Positions 1 through 13,200 of a DNA stretch of 64,000 nucleotides are shown one piece after another. Where the stretch lies: contig CP154954.1 in assembly GCA_039621445.1 (NCBI GenBank), forward strand, positions 8,620,634 to 8,684,633, read 5' to 3'. The stretch is from Euglena gracilis. Lineage: Eukaryota. Numbering within the stretch: the first letter of the stretch is position 1; each line of letters begins with the position of its first letter. The notes under the pieces were generated by a model. It was not told where the DNA came from and ran no database searches. It saw only the letters and a program-made list of their open reading frames with translations. The translations under genes were made by a program, and so were the position numbers.

Positions 1-924
1 CCTGAGGGGCATAATGTTGCTTCCACGCTTCCGGTATTGTTTTGGAATTCTCACAGAGAACCTGCTTTCGGTTCCAAAAACCCCATTTTGGGTAGAATCT
101 GGTCCGCAAGCAGTTTTTAGATTTGGCTCTTCATTCTGGGCCGAAAATTAGTCATTTTGGCCCTACACCCTGTTAGAGACATCCCTTGCCCGCGAGTCAG
201 GTCCAGGGATTCAGGGCCCAGGTTATTTTTTTTTTAAAGGTTGGACCCCCAGGGGTGGAGGGGAAGTTAGGGCGGGTGGTCCCCCCTCACCCGGGACACC
301 CATCCTCCCACCCCCAAGGCCCCCTGCCGGACACGGGGGTTTGGCCATTTTGGCCTTTTCGGCGCGAAGCGCCAGAAGCTGTCTTTGACCCAATTTGATC
401 CCCAAACAGTGGTCCCCCGGCCCCCCCCCCCCAGAGGGGGAGGGGATACTCCCTCTGTCCCTGGGTGGATGGGTCTACCTCCCCACCTTGCCTTTGACGC
501 CGCTTGTCCATGTCACACCCCCCCCCCGTGTCAACCACACTTTTCCTGTGCCCAAAGTGGTTCTTTTTGTGTCACAACGTGTCACAACGGTGACACGTTG
601 TGACCCCCCCCCCCGCAACTGCCTTTTTCCTGTATTTTGGCGTGTTAAGGAGAAGGGGGAGGGAAGGAAAAAGAAACCCTGGTGGGGTCCACTGACCCAT
701 TTTCTCTCACCTGGCGACAAGCGATGCCTGATGCGCTGGACCAAAAAATTGGTTCCTCCAAGTTTGAAGAATTCGCTCTTTGGCCTTTCAGCCAACTTCG
801 AACGTACGCCTCTTTGGCATAACTCCCATGGAAGCCTGCGATGCTCAGGAAGAGCTCGACAGACGACCAGGACCATTATTATTTGCCCATTCTCGCCTTC
901 CCTGCTGCAGCAGACCCAAGACCC

Positions 925-3900
925 ATGCCAAGCATCGACCTCCCCACCCTGTGCCAGAGAGCGCTCCTCCAGCCACTGAAGGGCGCGCTCAACCCTCACC
1001 TCCTACTGCGCCACCTGCTCCAGGGTTGGCCAGGGGGCCGCCGGGGGTCTGGGGGGTGAGATGTGTGTTACGGCGGGGGGGGGGATAGGCACACACGTGG
1101 CTTTCTGTTTTCATTTCCCCCGGTTTCCCTTGATTATTCGCTTACTGTGCGTCCTCGGTTTTTTTCTCCATTTTTGTTGTTTTTTGTCCCCCCTGGCGGA
1201 TGTGTTCTCCCACCAGTTTTCAACGTTGCATTTGCCCCTCGGGGACTTCCAGCTTCACTGCCCGCTGCACACCGGCAGCTCCCCAGCATGATCACGCACG
1301 TGTTCATGCCCCTCAGCGTCGTCTCTGCGCTGGGCTGGCCTCGGCAAAGCACTTGTGCGGAAAACACCCCTCACCACCCGGTGATGTATGTTATTATATT
1401 ATTATTATTGTATAATTATATGACATATTATTATATAATCATTATGCATGGTGTTCCAAAAAGGTTTTTGTATATATTATATATTATATATATATTATAA
1501 TATATATAATATATATAATGATATATAATATATATATATACAACCCTATATATTATATATAATAAAACCCTTCCACCCCCCCCCCTTTTTTTTTGTTCTC
1601 TCCTCTCTCCTCTCTCTCCTTCTCCTAATCTCTCTCTCTGTCTCTGTTCTACTTCTCTCTCTCTGCTTGTTCCTCTCGCCCCCCCTCTCTCTTCATCCTC
1701 TCTCCTTCATCTCTCTCTCTCTCCTGTCTTCTCTGTCTCCTCTCTGTCTGTCTCTTTTTCTCTCTCTATCTCCTCCGTCCCCCTCCCCCCTCTCTCTCTC
1801 CTCTATCCTCTCTCTACTACTCTCTCTCTCTCTCTCTCTCGCTGCGGTGATAGTGTGTGCACATTAGCACGACCTGCCCCACACCCCAGCCAGCTGTGCC
1901 ACAAGGCTGTGTGCAAATCTGAGGCCAGTTGTGTGAGAGCAAAATTGTTTAATTTGCGACCTTTTTTTTGTCTGCCACTCAAATCAGAGCCCAGGCAAGG
2001 GGGCGAGGTGGTCAACACTGGGGTGGGTGGCGTATGGTTCCAACTTTGGACAACACATGATTGCAACCCCTGTCAGTGCTGCCCTGTGGAGGTGGTGCCT
2101 TGGTCAAGGTCACCCCATCGGGTGATTTTAGGCCATTTTAGGCCATTTTAGGCCATTTTGGGCCATTTTAGGCAATTTTCGGCCGGATTCGGTCACCCTC
2201 GCACAGTATTCTATTCTGCATTTTATTTAACGTTATGCTATATTTTGTTATGGGTTGCCCACCAATGTTTCGCAGTTCGAACGGCGTGCGGTGGTCGCCT
2301 CGCCCCGCGCCGGCGGCCCCGGCCCCAAGGCCAGGCGCCGCTGTGGCGGTTCCAGCGGCGGCTGATCTTCGCCCCCCCGCCGCGGGCGTGCCCCTTCAGC
2401 CTGTTCAATATGCAGCTGCTGCGCCTCCCCCACCGGTTTGCTTAACCCCCGCGTGACCCCAACCCGGGGCGGGGGGGGAGAGTGGATGGGTGGGTGGGAT
2501 GGGGCAGCTCGACCCCCGCCCCCCTGGGGGTGCGCTATGGGTCAGTCCAGCCCGGGAAACGGCCAGGCGGGGATTTTTTTTTCTCTCACAGTTTTCACCG
2601 ATTTCGGGTGGGTCTTGAGTGGATGGGTGGATGGGTTGACGCCCCCCCCCCCTGGGGGAGTCGTGGAATTACACCCGAGTTGCTCCCCCGGCTCCCCCGG
2701 CCAGGCGGAGCAACAAAAGAGCACTGGTGTTTGGGGCCCCTGGCCACTCACCACACAGCAAACTGGGCCGGAAGCGAAGTTGGCGCCGGCCGTTATCAGA
2801 CAAGCAACTCAGGGGGGGGGGTGTCGAAAAAAGAGCGTGGGTGGGTGGGCCTGGGCCTGGGGAAAACCCCCCTAAGCGAATCCGTGGCCGCAACACGGAT
2901 GACCCCTCAGCCGGTCCCGCCATGGCGCTCTACGCCCCTGCCCGGTCCCCCTCTGCGCCGCCCAGCAGGCCTCTGGGCAACGGCCGTTGCGCGACCCCAA
3001 CTCCAAAAAGAAGCCGAGGTCGTGGTTTCCGAGCACGTCGCCGGGCGATGAAAAATGACGACTCTGTTTTCTGGGGTTTTCAACGAAAAGCCACTTGCGA
3101 TGGTGCGAAGAGCTGAACGATTTTTTTTTGCTTTTGTCAGGGAAATGACGTTTCTTAAGTGATCACCCTTTCCGGGACAGTTTTCCGCCAAAGGTATTGC
3201 CACCAGTGGATATGGAACCTTCAATGCGAGGAACCGTTCTTCAGTTGCTTTGGCAGCAAGTTTTGTCATTCTGAACGAGAGAGAGAGAGAAGAAAAGCGG
3301 CCTAGGAGGATCACTCCGAGCCGAAGTTCTGTGAAGGTGAGAGAATTGTACAGTGGAAAGGTGAGCCTACAAAGGGGATGTCCAGCAAATGTACACATGG
3401 TATACAGACGGCTCTGGATACTCAAGTCAGGGTTTCTGGGAAGTTTAGAGCGTACGTATGTGTTGTTCGGCAAGGAGGGGCAAATCTTAACGAGATGTGT
3501 GTTTGCGTGTCTGGAAGAACATGGTCTTCTTACCCCTGTTGCTCAAAGGAAAAACCCACAGAGGTCCCGGATGGAAGTGCGCCGGATGAATGCTGGCCCA
3601 TTTTTCAAAAAGGAGCATGAAATTAGAAAAGTGTAGCTGGAGTTTGCCGAAAGGCATACACAGAACAGACCGCGCTGTTTGGATTTCAGAGTCAAGCAAC
3701 ACCACCAGCACCCGCTGACTTGCCACACTGCGAGGGCTTGCAATCACTGACTTGCTTGCACAAAAAAACAAGCCTTGATATGCCATATTAAAGCCATGAT
3801 ATGCCTTCGGGATAACCCAGGTGCCTGGCCATCCTGGCAAGCCCCCTGAAACCTGCCAGAAACATTGGCCCACAAACACAAGAATACGAAATGTGGGGCG

Positions 3901-6900
3901 TCCATGTGTGTGTGTGTGTGTGTGTGTGTGTGGAGGTGTCCACACCCTGCCCCACCGTCCGTGGCCCCCTGGCCCCCGACCGTCGTGTACTTCCACGGCG
4001 ACGGCGAACAGCTGGGCTGGACCCCGGTGCACATCGCAGAGCATTTTGTGCGGCGGGCAGGCTGTCCCTTCCCCTGCCCGGGCGGAAAATTGCGGAACTG
4101 TCCAAAGGTGTAATGAATTTTACGGAAACCCGCCGGAATTGGTGATTTTTTTCCCGAAGAGTTGCGGGGGATGGCCACATTCAACTGCGTCAAAGCTGAA
4201 TATTTTCCTTAAAAGCTATTTTTGGGCAGTTTTTATTTTTGGACAAGCTTTATTTTTTTGTGTGTGTGTATTGTTAGGTCCTGATTAGGAATGCCCACCC
4301 CAATTAGGAATGGAGGTAGGGGGGGGGGCAGGCCCACGGTGGCCACTGCCAGGGTGATTACTGCGTCACGGGTGCCGGCCCCTGCAGCTCGGGTTTGCTG
4401 TTACCGACACTTCACATGCCACAGTCTTCACATGTGGAAGACTGTCTCTGCCGTGTTGGAGCGCGGGCAAAATGAACGTAATTTTTGCTTTTTTTAAATG
4501 TTTTTCGATTTTTGGCGAAATTTGAGTTTGTTTGTGTGTGTTTTTTTGTTTTATGTTTATTTGCCTCTCTATTTTCAGAGGGTCATGCATCGCAAACCCC
4601 TGGGGGGGTATTGCAGACCCCCCCAGGGTGGGGGGCTGCACCAGCCAGCCCCAATTTGGGCCAGCCCAGCCGCAGCAGCCCCCTCCCGGGGATGCTGCTA
4701 GCTGTTGACCAGCCCCTTTTCTTCTGGGTGCAGCCGAAAATTTTGAAAGCAGTGTTCAAAAAAGGCCAAAAAAGGTGATTTTGGGGTGTTTTGGGCGTTG
4801 TTTTTTTTTTTTGAAAGATGGGGTTGTCAGTGCCTTGCAGGACATTTTTTAGGCAATTGTCCGAATTTGGCCTCGCCCGGCTCAGCTCAGTTCCAGCTGG
4901 GGTCCACCTCCCCTGCCCCCCCCCCCCCCCCCCCCCAGCCCAAATTTCTAACCAGCCCAAATTTCCAGCCCCAGCCCAGCAATCCCACCGGGTCCTTAAA
5001 GAGATGTACTGATGTATGCTGAAGGTCCATGCTTGAGCTCCCCCCTGCAACTATTCCAACTATTCAGGGCCCCGCGCAAAAGTAGCGCCCGCCCCCTGTG
5101 CGGAAGTATCCTGATGGGGTTTCCACGAGGTTTCCAGGGACGCCTGGCGGCGCGGCTGCGGATTCCTGGCGGTGGAGTTCCCCGGCTACGGATTGCCCAG
5201 GCTTGCACGCTTTGTCAGGGTGGGGGGGATTGCTTACCTGGGCAGGCACCCAGATCCGATGCCTGGGGGACACTTGGCCAACAGTGCCTTCGAACTTGGC
5301 GACCAAGACACAGAAAGCTCAGAAAAAGCCAAATTTGGACGGTTTTGGCCCGCGACCAGGCAGGCAGCGACCTCTGAAGTGCCTGCCTGCCTCGGCACTC
5401 CAGGGTCCCGCAACCCAACGCGCTTGGCTAGCTTTTGGACAAGTTAAACTGTGGATTTTGGAAGAGTGGAAAGTCGGGTCCAGCCCGGCCGGAGGCCGGG
5501 CCAGCCAACTGGGCTGCCCAGCTCACCTATCCCTGCATTTTCTCCCCTCATCAAAGCTTCCTCCATCACAGCCCCAGCCTTGATCTAGCTCCATCCATCA
5601 AAATGTCGAAAATGGCAAAAACGTTTTTTTTCAAAATGGAAATAGAAAATTTTGTTTTTCATCGACCCAGCCCAGCCCAGCCCCCTCCAGCCCCAGACCT
5701 CCCCCCCCTCCTATCCCCCCGGGGGGTCCAGCCAGCAGCTCATTTCCAGCCAGCAGCCTTTTTGCCAGCCGGAGGCTGGACCCCCCCCCCCCAGGGAGGG
5801 GTCTTTAAGAACCCTCCGGTGGGAGAGCACTTCAAACTGGCACAGCGGGCCTGCCCCCGGCCAAGGAGGGCACCCCGTCGGAGGCGAACTGCTACCGCGT
5901 CGCGCGCGCGGCGCTGGGCCACCTCGTCGCGCCGCAGCCGTACGGCCTCGGGGTGCCGAAGCACACCGTCATCCTGGTGGGCCACTCCCTCGGGTGCGGC
6001 GTGGCGCTGGAGATGTCCCTGCAGGGCTTCGGCGGCCGCATGGTGTCGTTCCCCCTCCAGTTCTGCCCATTTGGAAAGGGACCCTCGGAGAAGACGGTTG
6101 CGTTGCCTCAAATCTTGGGAGACAATATCTCACATATTTTTTCAAATTTTAGCCGGCAGTTTGTTTCTGTGTCTTCATTATTGTCATTTGCCGTCATTGC
6201 TGTTACTACAACACACATACACGCGCCCCCCCCCCCCCGCCCGCCGCCCACCCACCCCTGCACCCACACACACACCCACACCCGTGCACACACAGACAAC
6301 ACACAACTCCCACTCCCCCACACCCGGGTGGCAACGCGCCGCCTCATCTGCAGGTGCTGATCTCGCCATTCACGTCCGTGCTGGACATGCTGCGCCTCAA
6401 GCTATGGCCCCTCTCCCTCCTCCTCCCCCTGTCCATGCTCTGCACCGACAAGTTCGACAACCTGCACAAGGCCAGCCGCCCAGGAGCCACACAAACATGA
6501 CAGACGTCCTTGTCGCCCAGCACAAAGGCGGGGGACTCTTATCGGGTTCTTCATGTTGGCTTTCGTGCATGTGGCAGTCGCGTGTGGTTGTTTGAACCAC
6601 CAACCAGTGTTTGAAGTGGCGGATGCCATGTGCATGCACCCTGCAGTGGAATCTTTAATCCAAAGGCTGCATTATGGTTTCACTTCCTGGCACGTTATTT
6701 GATTTTTGTCGCTGATGCCACAGCCTTCGATTTATCATTTTAATGTATTGTCCATCTGAGTCTGTGTGTATTGTCCATATGTGTCTATTTTCAATTTTTC
6801 ATGTTGTATATTATTGATTTGTGGCGCTTTATTTGCCCCTAGATGGACCCATCAAATGAAATCCAATAATGATTTTGGATAACATTAAAAGAATATAAAT

Positions 6901-9677
6901 ACATACTTGTGTAAGTAATATGCTCATATAAATGTATAACCGCATACAGCACATTTTGGAGTATCAAGACTTTAAAAGTGCCCACTACCGGCCTAATCTG
7001 AACTCGTCAGCTGGAGAGACTGATGTGCCCCTGCCCCTGGGTCACCATCCCGACTTGTGTCATCCACAGCAAGTCGGACGTTCAGGTGCCTGTCACCCGG
7101 AGCCTCGGTTGCCGATGCCATTCGTCTGGATGAGGAGCGGCCAAGGACCAGGTGTCAGAAATATCCATCCAAATTTTGATGGTAATTTTTGTTGCCTCCA
7201 TCCCAACACACCGACACACGCCGACATTTACCGTGGATCCTGACACAGCCGGCAGTGAGCTTTTGTTTCCTTCACCTCCGCGAACCCACTCAACCTTTTT
7301 TTTTATCACCGCGGTGGTCAATTTCTATCACCCCCCCCCCCCCGGAACCTGCCGCTGTTTAAAGGCGTTGACAGTTCAAAACGCCAGCTTCTGAAAAATG
7401 AATTCAACTTCCTACTAAAAATACATACGTAAGAATAAAATTGCACATTAATCATTGCTGTGCGCGTGCACAGCTATTTATTTGTTCATGCATTATATCT
7501 TGCATCGGCATATGGACGCAAAATCAGACCCAAGTATATGTTCACACCCCTTCCCCGTTTGAGTTTGGAAACGACCAGATTGGCGGGAGAGTCCAACTCA
7601 TTAGCAGGCCAACCAAAGGTCCTGGGACAGAGAGAACACACCAACCTTTTTGCTCGCGCAGAGAGATTTCGGCAAAGAGCACAAAAAAAATCCGGTGCCA
7701 GATGGACACTGTCGGCGATTCCCCCCACAGGGAGGGGGTTCCGGAGCCAAAACCCAGTCAGTCACTCCAACAAAACCTATCAGGCACCCGGGGGGGGGGG
7801 GTAGGTTCGGGGGGGGGGGAATGATGGGAATGATAGGAATGGGTGACAGGTTTTTGAAAAGTGACAGATTTTCTGAATTTTTTTTCTGAAAGTGAAACTT
7901 TTTGAAAGTGTAAGCGATCCCCTCCTTCCCCCCGTCGGGGGGGGGTCGGTAAGCAATGGGACGGTCTGGACCCTATCCCCACCTGACAGACCTCCCACCC
8001 CCACCTCCATCCACCCCCACGCGTGACACCCATGACAGCCACCGTCGGGTGCTGTCATGGTCAGGGCGGTATGGGAATCCCCGAGATCCTAGGGAGGGGG
8101 GGTCCGACCCCCCTCCAGGCCTTCCTGTACAGCGCCGGTGATGGTTGCCGCCCGATGTCGCTCGGGAGGCCATCCCCCCCTCCCGCCTGTGCCGCGGCGC
8201 CGCCCACGACATGGGCCTGCGGGTAGCCCAAGCCATCCCCAACGCCCAGACGTGCGTGCTGGACGGCTGCGGGGGTGACATCTTCGCCCATCCGCGGCCA
8301 GCGTGGGCCACCTCGGCGTTCTGGGTGCCGTGTCATGGGTGGAGGGGCGGGGTGAGCACGGGTTGCTCTTTCGACACCTTGATTCAAAGGGGAAAACCAC
8401 ATTTGTGTAAATAAATAATGATCCAGAGAAAATTAAAACTTGAAATGAAAGAAATATTTGATAGCTTTCCTGTGATTACTCTATTTCTTGTTTCATTCAA
8501 GACAATTCAAGCAATGTACTGGACGTCTTCTGCTCCCTATTTTGATATATATTTAGACTGGATCAGGGTGTGCTTAAGGAAGTTTACCCCATCCCTGGGG
8601 GGTTCAGCCAGTTATTTCTTGTTTCATTCAAGACAATTCAAGCAATGTACTGGACGTCTTCTGCTCCCTATTTTGATATATATTTAGACTGGATCAGGGT
8701 GTGCTTAAGGAAGTTTACCCCATCCCTGGGGGGTTCAGCCAGCTTGCAGCCTTTTGCCAGCCTCGGACCCCCACCCCCCGCATCAACAAGCTTTATTTAT
8801 TTTGGGTAACGGAATTTTGGCTTTCAGGGTGCAAAAGTAGGCCAAAATCTGAAGAAAATCTGAGAAAATGGGTGTAAAGGGCTAGTGTGAGCAAATTTTT
8901 GTCGGAAAAAAAAAGATTTTTACACAATTGGCCGTTTTTTTGCAGCATTTGCAGTTTCCAGACCTTGGTATCCGGTTCGACCTCCAGTCGGGGTCTAGTT
9001 CCAGCCGGGGAACCCCAATGGGGAGGGGGGGGTCAGCCAGCAACATTTTTCCTGCCAGCCCAGTTTTTCCAGTGGTCGGTAAGCCAGGCCCTTTGACTGA
9101 ACGATTCGGTGAAAGTGTCTGGTGTCATTTGGGGCATTCAAACAACGGATTTCGTGAGCGGCTGAGTGGCCATTAACCTCCTTGAGTGACGAACAGAAAC
9201 TGCCTGCTGCCATCGTCGGCACCTTGCGACAGTTTGGCCTTGTTGCGGATCCTGACAACTTTCAGTGAGGGAAGGTCGGAAACGTTGGTTGGAGGTGTAG
9301 TCAAACGGCCAGTGTCCCTCCTCTCCCGAGGATACAGCGGGGGGGGGGGGAATGTGCGGAGCGCATACTTTGTGGATATTTCGCACATTTAAGGCAAAAA
9401 TTAGCACATATTTTGTTTTGCGTGCATACCCCCCCCGGAGGATGAAAGTATGTTGAAATGGCCATCTGGTGGGGGTGCCAGGGATGCTGTCAGTGTCGCC
9501 AGGTCTGGCGAACCTGTCAGGGTCCCTGGGGGAGTGGGCAGTCGCCCCTGCTGCCCTCGGCTTGCCCACCTGGTGGACCTCGTGCTGACCTTCGCGCACG
9601 GGGCCAGCGACAGCGTGCAGGAGCCGGGGAACCCCCTCGTCCTGCAGTGGACCGCCGCCCCCAGCGCGCGGGTGTAA
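925..9677 (+). CDS. ABHD13/BEM46/ABHD17-like alpha/beta hydrolase, multi-exon
   Basis: Firm exons 3978-4054, 5152-5194, 5859-6042, 6354-6477, 7039-7094, 8208-8295, 9559-9677 (TAA) join in frame: PTVVYFHGDGE...FLAVEFPGYGLAKEGTPSE...ILVGHSLGCGVA...VLISPFTS...DKFDN...VIHSKSDVQVPVDMG. Upstream exons (925-1017, 1267-1338, 2281-~2430 with LWRFQRRLIFAP, ~2889-2959) are less certain. One GT-AG intron (6043-6353); the others are non-GT-AG. Confidence 0.85.
1480..1840. repeat. (TA)n followed by (CT)n low-complexity tract
   Basis: Direct inspection. Confidence 0.9.
2665..2810 (+). repeat. Dispersed ~150-175 bp repeat family of unknown class
   Basis: Core ACAGCAAACTGGGCC.GAAGCGAAGTTGGCGCCGGCC recurs at ~19710-20085 (split by an insert), ~20690-20760, ~39780-39840 and inverted at ~48385-48557. 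Confidence 0.8.
8482..8742. repeat. Tandem duplication of a 130-bp unit
   Basis: 8482-8611 matches 8613-8742; the unit spans flank plus the left end of a MITE (CAGGGTGTGCTTAAGG). Confidence 0.9.
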
Positions 9678-10245
9678 GCCGATGGAATTACGGTGTGCGG
9701 CTACCCCTCCCCCAAACGTACGAGTTTTGAGCACTACCGCCAGTGGGATTTTTTCCCCAGACAAACAGCTTCAGGTCGTTGTGGCGGCGTCTACACCAGC
9801 GTGGGGGGTTGGGTTTCGTTGCAGGTGGGGTGGTCGCACCAATATTACCCACGGGTCCAAATACTTAGGCGGCCAAACTCGCACTTAAGATTTTGATTTT
9901 TAGCTTGCGCTTTGGCGCAAATTTCCAAACTTTTGAAACCCAGCGGTGAAACCCACCCTTTTGACCGTCTGGTTCTGCGGAGACCCTCCACGGTGGCGTG
10001 TGCATCATTTTCCTATGTTGGGACCTGGGGAACAGGCCCAATTTTGGTGTTTTTCAGCCTGTGCACCATTTTGAAAAAGGTTCAAAACCCTGGGTTTAAA
10101 CACCGGGACACGTGAATTTTCCCAAAAATGGGCCAAAAAACCCCCGTTGCGAGTCCCTCGTTTTTGAAGCCTTGACTGTGTTCCCCAAATGGTGCTACAC
10201 AGGTGGGTGAAACTTGGCTTTTTGTTGCTTTTTTTTGGGCTCTGC

Positions 10246-13200
10246 GATGTCCGTGAAGGGTTGCCTGCTGAGGCATCCAGAGGGTGGAGTCTACATGCAC
10301 GTTGTGAAAAGTTTGAAAAAAAACGGCATGGCACACAGTTGTGATCCCCGGGTGCTTGAAGTGCGAAGAGCGGTACAGCTGGAGCCACCCAGGTGGGGGG
10401 GGTTGGGGGGATTGAGGGCAAGCCCAGGGACCTGTCCCAACGTGAGCAACGCCAGGCCCCACACTGCCGGGTACAGAAGGCAATGTTTATGGACATTGGG
10501 CTTAAGCACAATAGTTTTACCTTGCGGTTGAGCGCAAGTTAAAACATTTGCATTTAAGCGCAATGTATAACAGAAGCCCCAGAGCTTATGGGAGTCCCTC
10601 TGATGTGTTACGGTGCGTTGGGGGCCCACTCTGAACGGCCAGTTTGCAGGCTTGGTGAGGAAATACATTGCGTAAATCAGTTTCACGCTGCCCACGTACG
10701 CAATTGAATTTTGACCTCCGGTCGCTCCCCGACGATAGAAATGACTCAAGCCAGTGCTTTCTTAGACGGCCGGGAATGCACTTTTCACTTTCGGTGGTTT
10801 TTTGCGCACCTGCGCATTCTTTTGTGACCAAGTGTGTCGCCTTCACTTGACGGGGCGGCCGACCCGTCAGCTGAAACCCCTGGTACCAAAACTGGTACCA
10901 CTACCTTCGATCCCCGGGTTTTTTTCTGGGCAAACCGACTTTTTCCGTTTTGAAAAGGACGGTTTGGCACCTCCGCCGACCGAGGGAAAACCCCCGTCTG
11001 CCGAAGTGGGTGCGACACGAAACGCTGTTTAAGGCTTTATGTATTCTACCTTGCATTTCGGCGGAGTTTGGCGCAGTTTGACGGATTGGTTTGTGCAGGG
11101 GGGGGGGGAATGCAACTTGCATAATTTGCATTTTTTTTGCATAAAAATATTTTCCCCGGAAAAATTTTTGTAGTTGGTTGCCATATGTTTTGAATTTTTT
11201 TTGCATGTTTTTGCATTTTCTACATAAAATATTTTGCCCCGGAAAAAAATTTTGTTGTTGGTTGCCATGTTTATGGATTTTTTTTGCATTTTTTTTTTGC
11301 ATTTTGTAACTTTGTGACCTCTTTATTCTCCCGACAACTCTCTCTCTCTCTCCGCCAGACGCGCTATTCCCTTCCGTTATAACCGCGGCGAGGCTGGAGT
11401 TCCCTGACAACCACCACATCCACCCCCTCCATCCGGGGCCAGGGCGTCGCCTGAGCATCGGCGGCTTCATCCTGCCGCCAGAGCACCAAAAGCACGCCGT
11501 TCCTTTGGGGCCGAATTTACCGAATTGAATTAAATCAAATTAAAGGATTACATATCAAGGACATTATGCCCCGACATCGTTTGAGACGACGAGTCTCTTC
11601 AGAGTTCGTTGTTTTCATTCAGGGTTTCACTCGGCAAATGCTGAAAACCACGGGAAACGAAATTGCCAGCCGCCCGGAACGTTAAAACGCTAAAGCCAAA
11701 TGAAGACGCGGGCCAGCTTTCAAAAAAGAAAGATGAGGTGTCGCAGGTGAATGGCTGACCGGGGAGCTCCCACCCAGATTCAAACCGGAGAACAGCAAAC
11801 CCCCGCCAGTGGCCTTTCCGCCAGCCCAGCTTCTGGAGTGGGTCCTCGTCAGCGGCGCCCTGGCTGGGGCAGCAGGCAGCGCAGGCGACCCCCCCCCCTC
11901 GACACGGAGTCCCTGAGACGGGGCTCCCCCACCCTCCCCCACTGCAACTCTGGCCCCGCCGTTGCTGAGCGCGCTGAGGTCGTAAGGTTGCGCCGGGGAG
12001 GGGCTGCAGAGTTTTGACCCCTCCGATTAGTCTCCCCCCCGGTCCACACAACCTCCCCCCTACCATTTTTCTTTTAAAGGTCATCTTCTCGGAGAGCCTT
12101 TTGTGTGTGTATGTGTGTGCTTTCGTGATATGTGTCGAAAATTCAGACAACGTAGGAGCCAGGCTTCTTTTTAAGTCAGCAGACCCCCCCTGGGGGGGAG
12201 GGGGGTGGGTGGGTGGGTCCGGGCCGGACCCCCCCCCCCCCCCCCGGGGGTCCCACGCCGGAGGCGCTGGGTATACCTTTTCGGCGCGAAGCGCCGAATT
12301 TTTTTGAAATTTGCCTTTAACGGGCCCGATTTAGGGGGGTCCCCCCGGGGGGGTCCCGCGCCACCCTGGGTGGGTGCTGGGGACCCTCCCTCCCCCCCTC
12401 CCCCCGGGGGTCTTAAACAGAAGCCTGGTAGGAGCTTTTGAGCCTGATTTGGTGAGAGGTTGCTGTTTTTTTTTTTTCATGTGTATGCCTACAAGTTTGA
12501 CAGTGGACCCCCAGTATTAGATTGATATCAGATATCAATATCATCCTGGCGTTCACCTCTTTTTTTTCCCACCCCCAGCTGCAACCCGCTATTTTCTTCT
12601 GGGAACGGACACATAGGCTCTGGGTTGGTCTGCCGAAGGGTGCGAAGGGGGATTCTAAGTGGGGGAATGGTTGGTGGCTACTTTGCAACTTGAGACACAG
12701 CACTGTCATAGTGCCTGCTACCCCGCTCTGGCTCATTGGTGCTATTTCTTGGCATTACTACAATTGGTATGACCACTACTTCACGTTTGGTAATTAAGAA
12801 TGGTGTCCCCCCCCGGGGGGGGTTCTGCCCGCGCTCCACTTCGTGGGGACCTCAGCGATGGGGGTGTGGCGGACCCCTCGCTGTTCCCCCCGCCCTAGGT
12901 CGGGCCTACACCTCTCCGTCCTGGTCCCCCGAACAACAGGCGGTGACACGTCCTGGCGGTGGGCTTCCCAACGCCACATCTGTTGGTTAGCCCTGAGGCT
13001 GGGGGGGCGAATGGAAACCCTTCCTGTGAGTCCAGGATTGGTGGTTGCCACCCGTGCAAACCAGAGCAGTCCAAGGGGGGTGTTTGCCTTTTCTTTTCAG
13101 CGAAGACCACCTGTTATGGACTGCCCCAGGCCTGTGGACTCAGGCACGCAATCCAATTCCCCCCAAAAAGGCAAAAAAAATGAAACAAATGTCGAAACAA

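Noticed and set aside
880-925. Spliced-leader acceptor upstream of the hydrolase ATG
   Set aside because: A pyrimidine tract plus CAG is compatible, but cannot be told from a cis acceptor without transcripts.
2907-3850. Transposase or host gene in this intron; likewise 17830-18310 and 21430-21800
   Set aside because: Coding-like texture but no recognisable motif; it needs a profile search.
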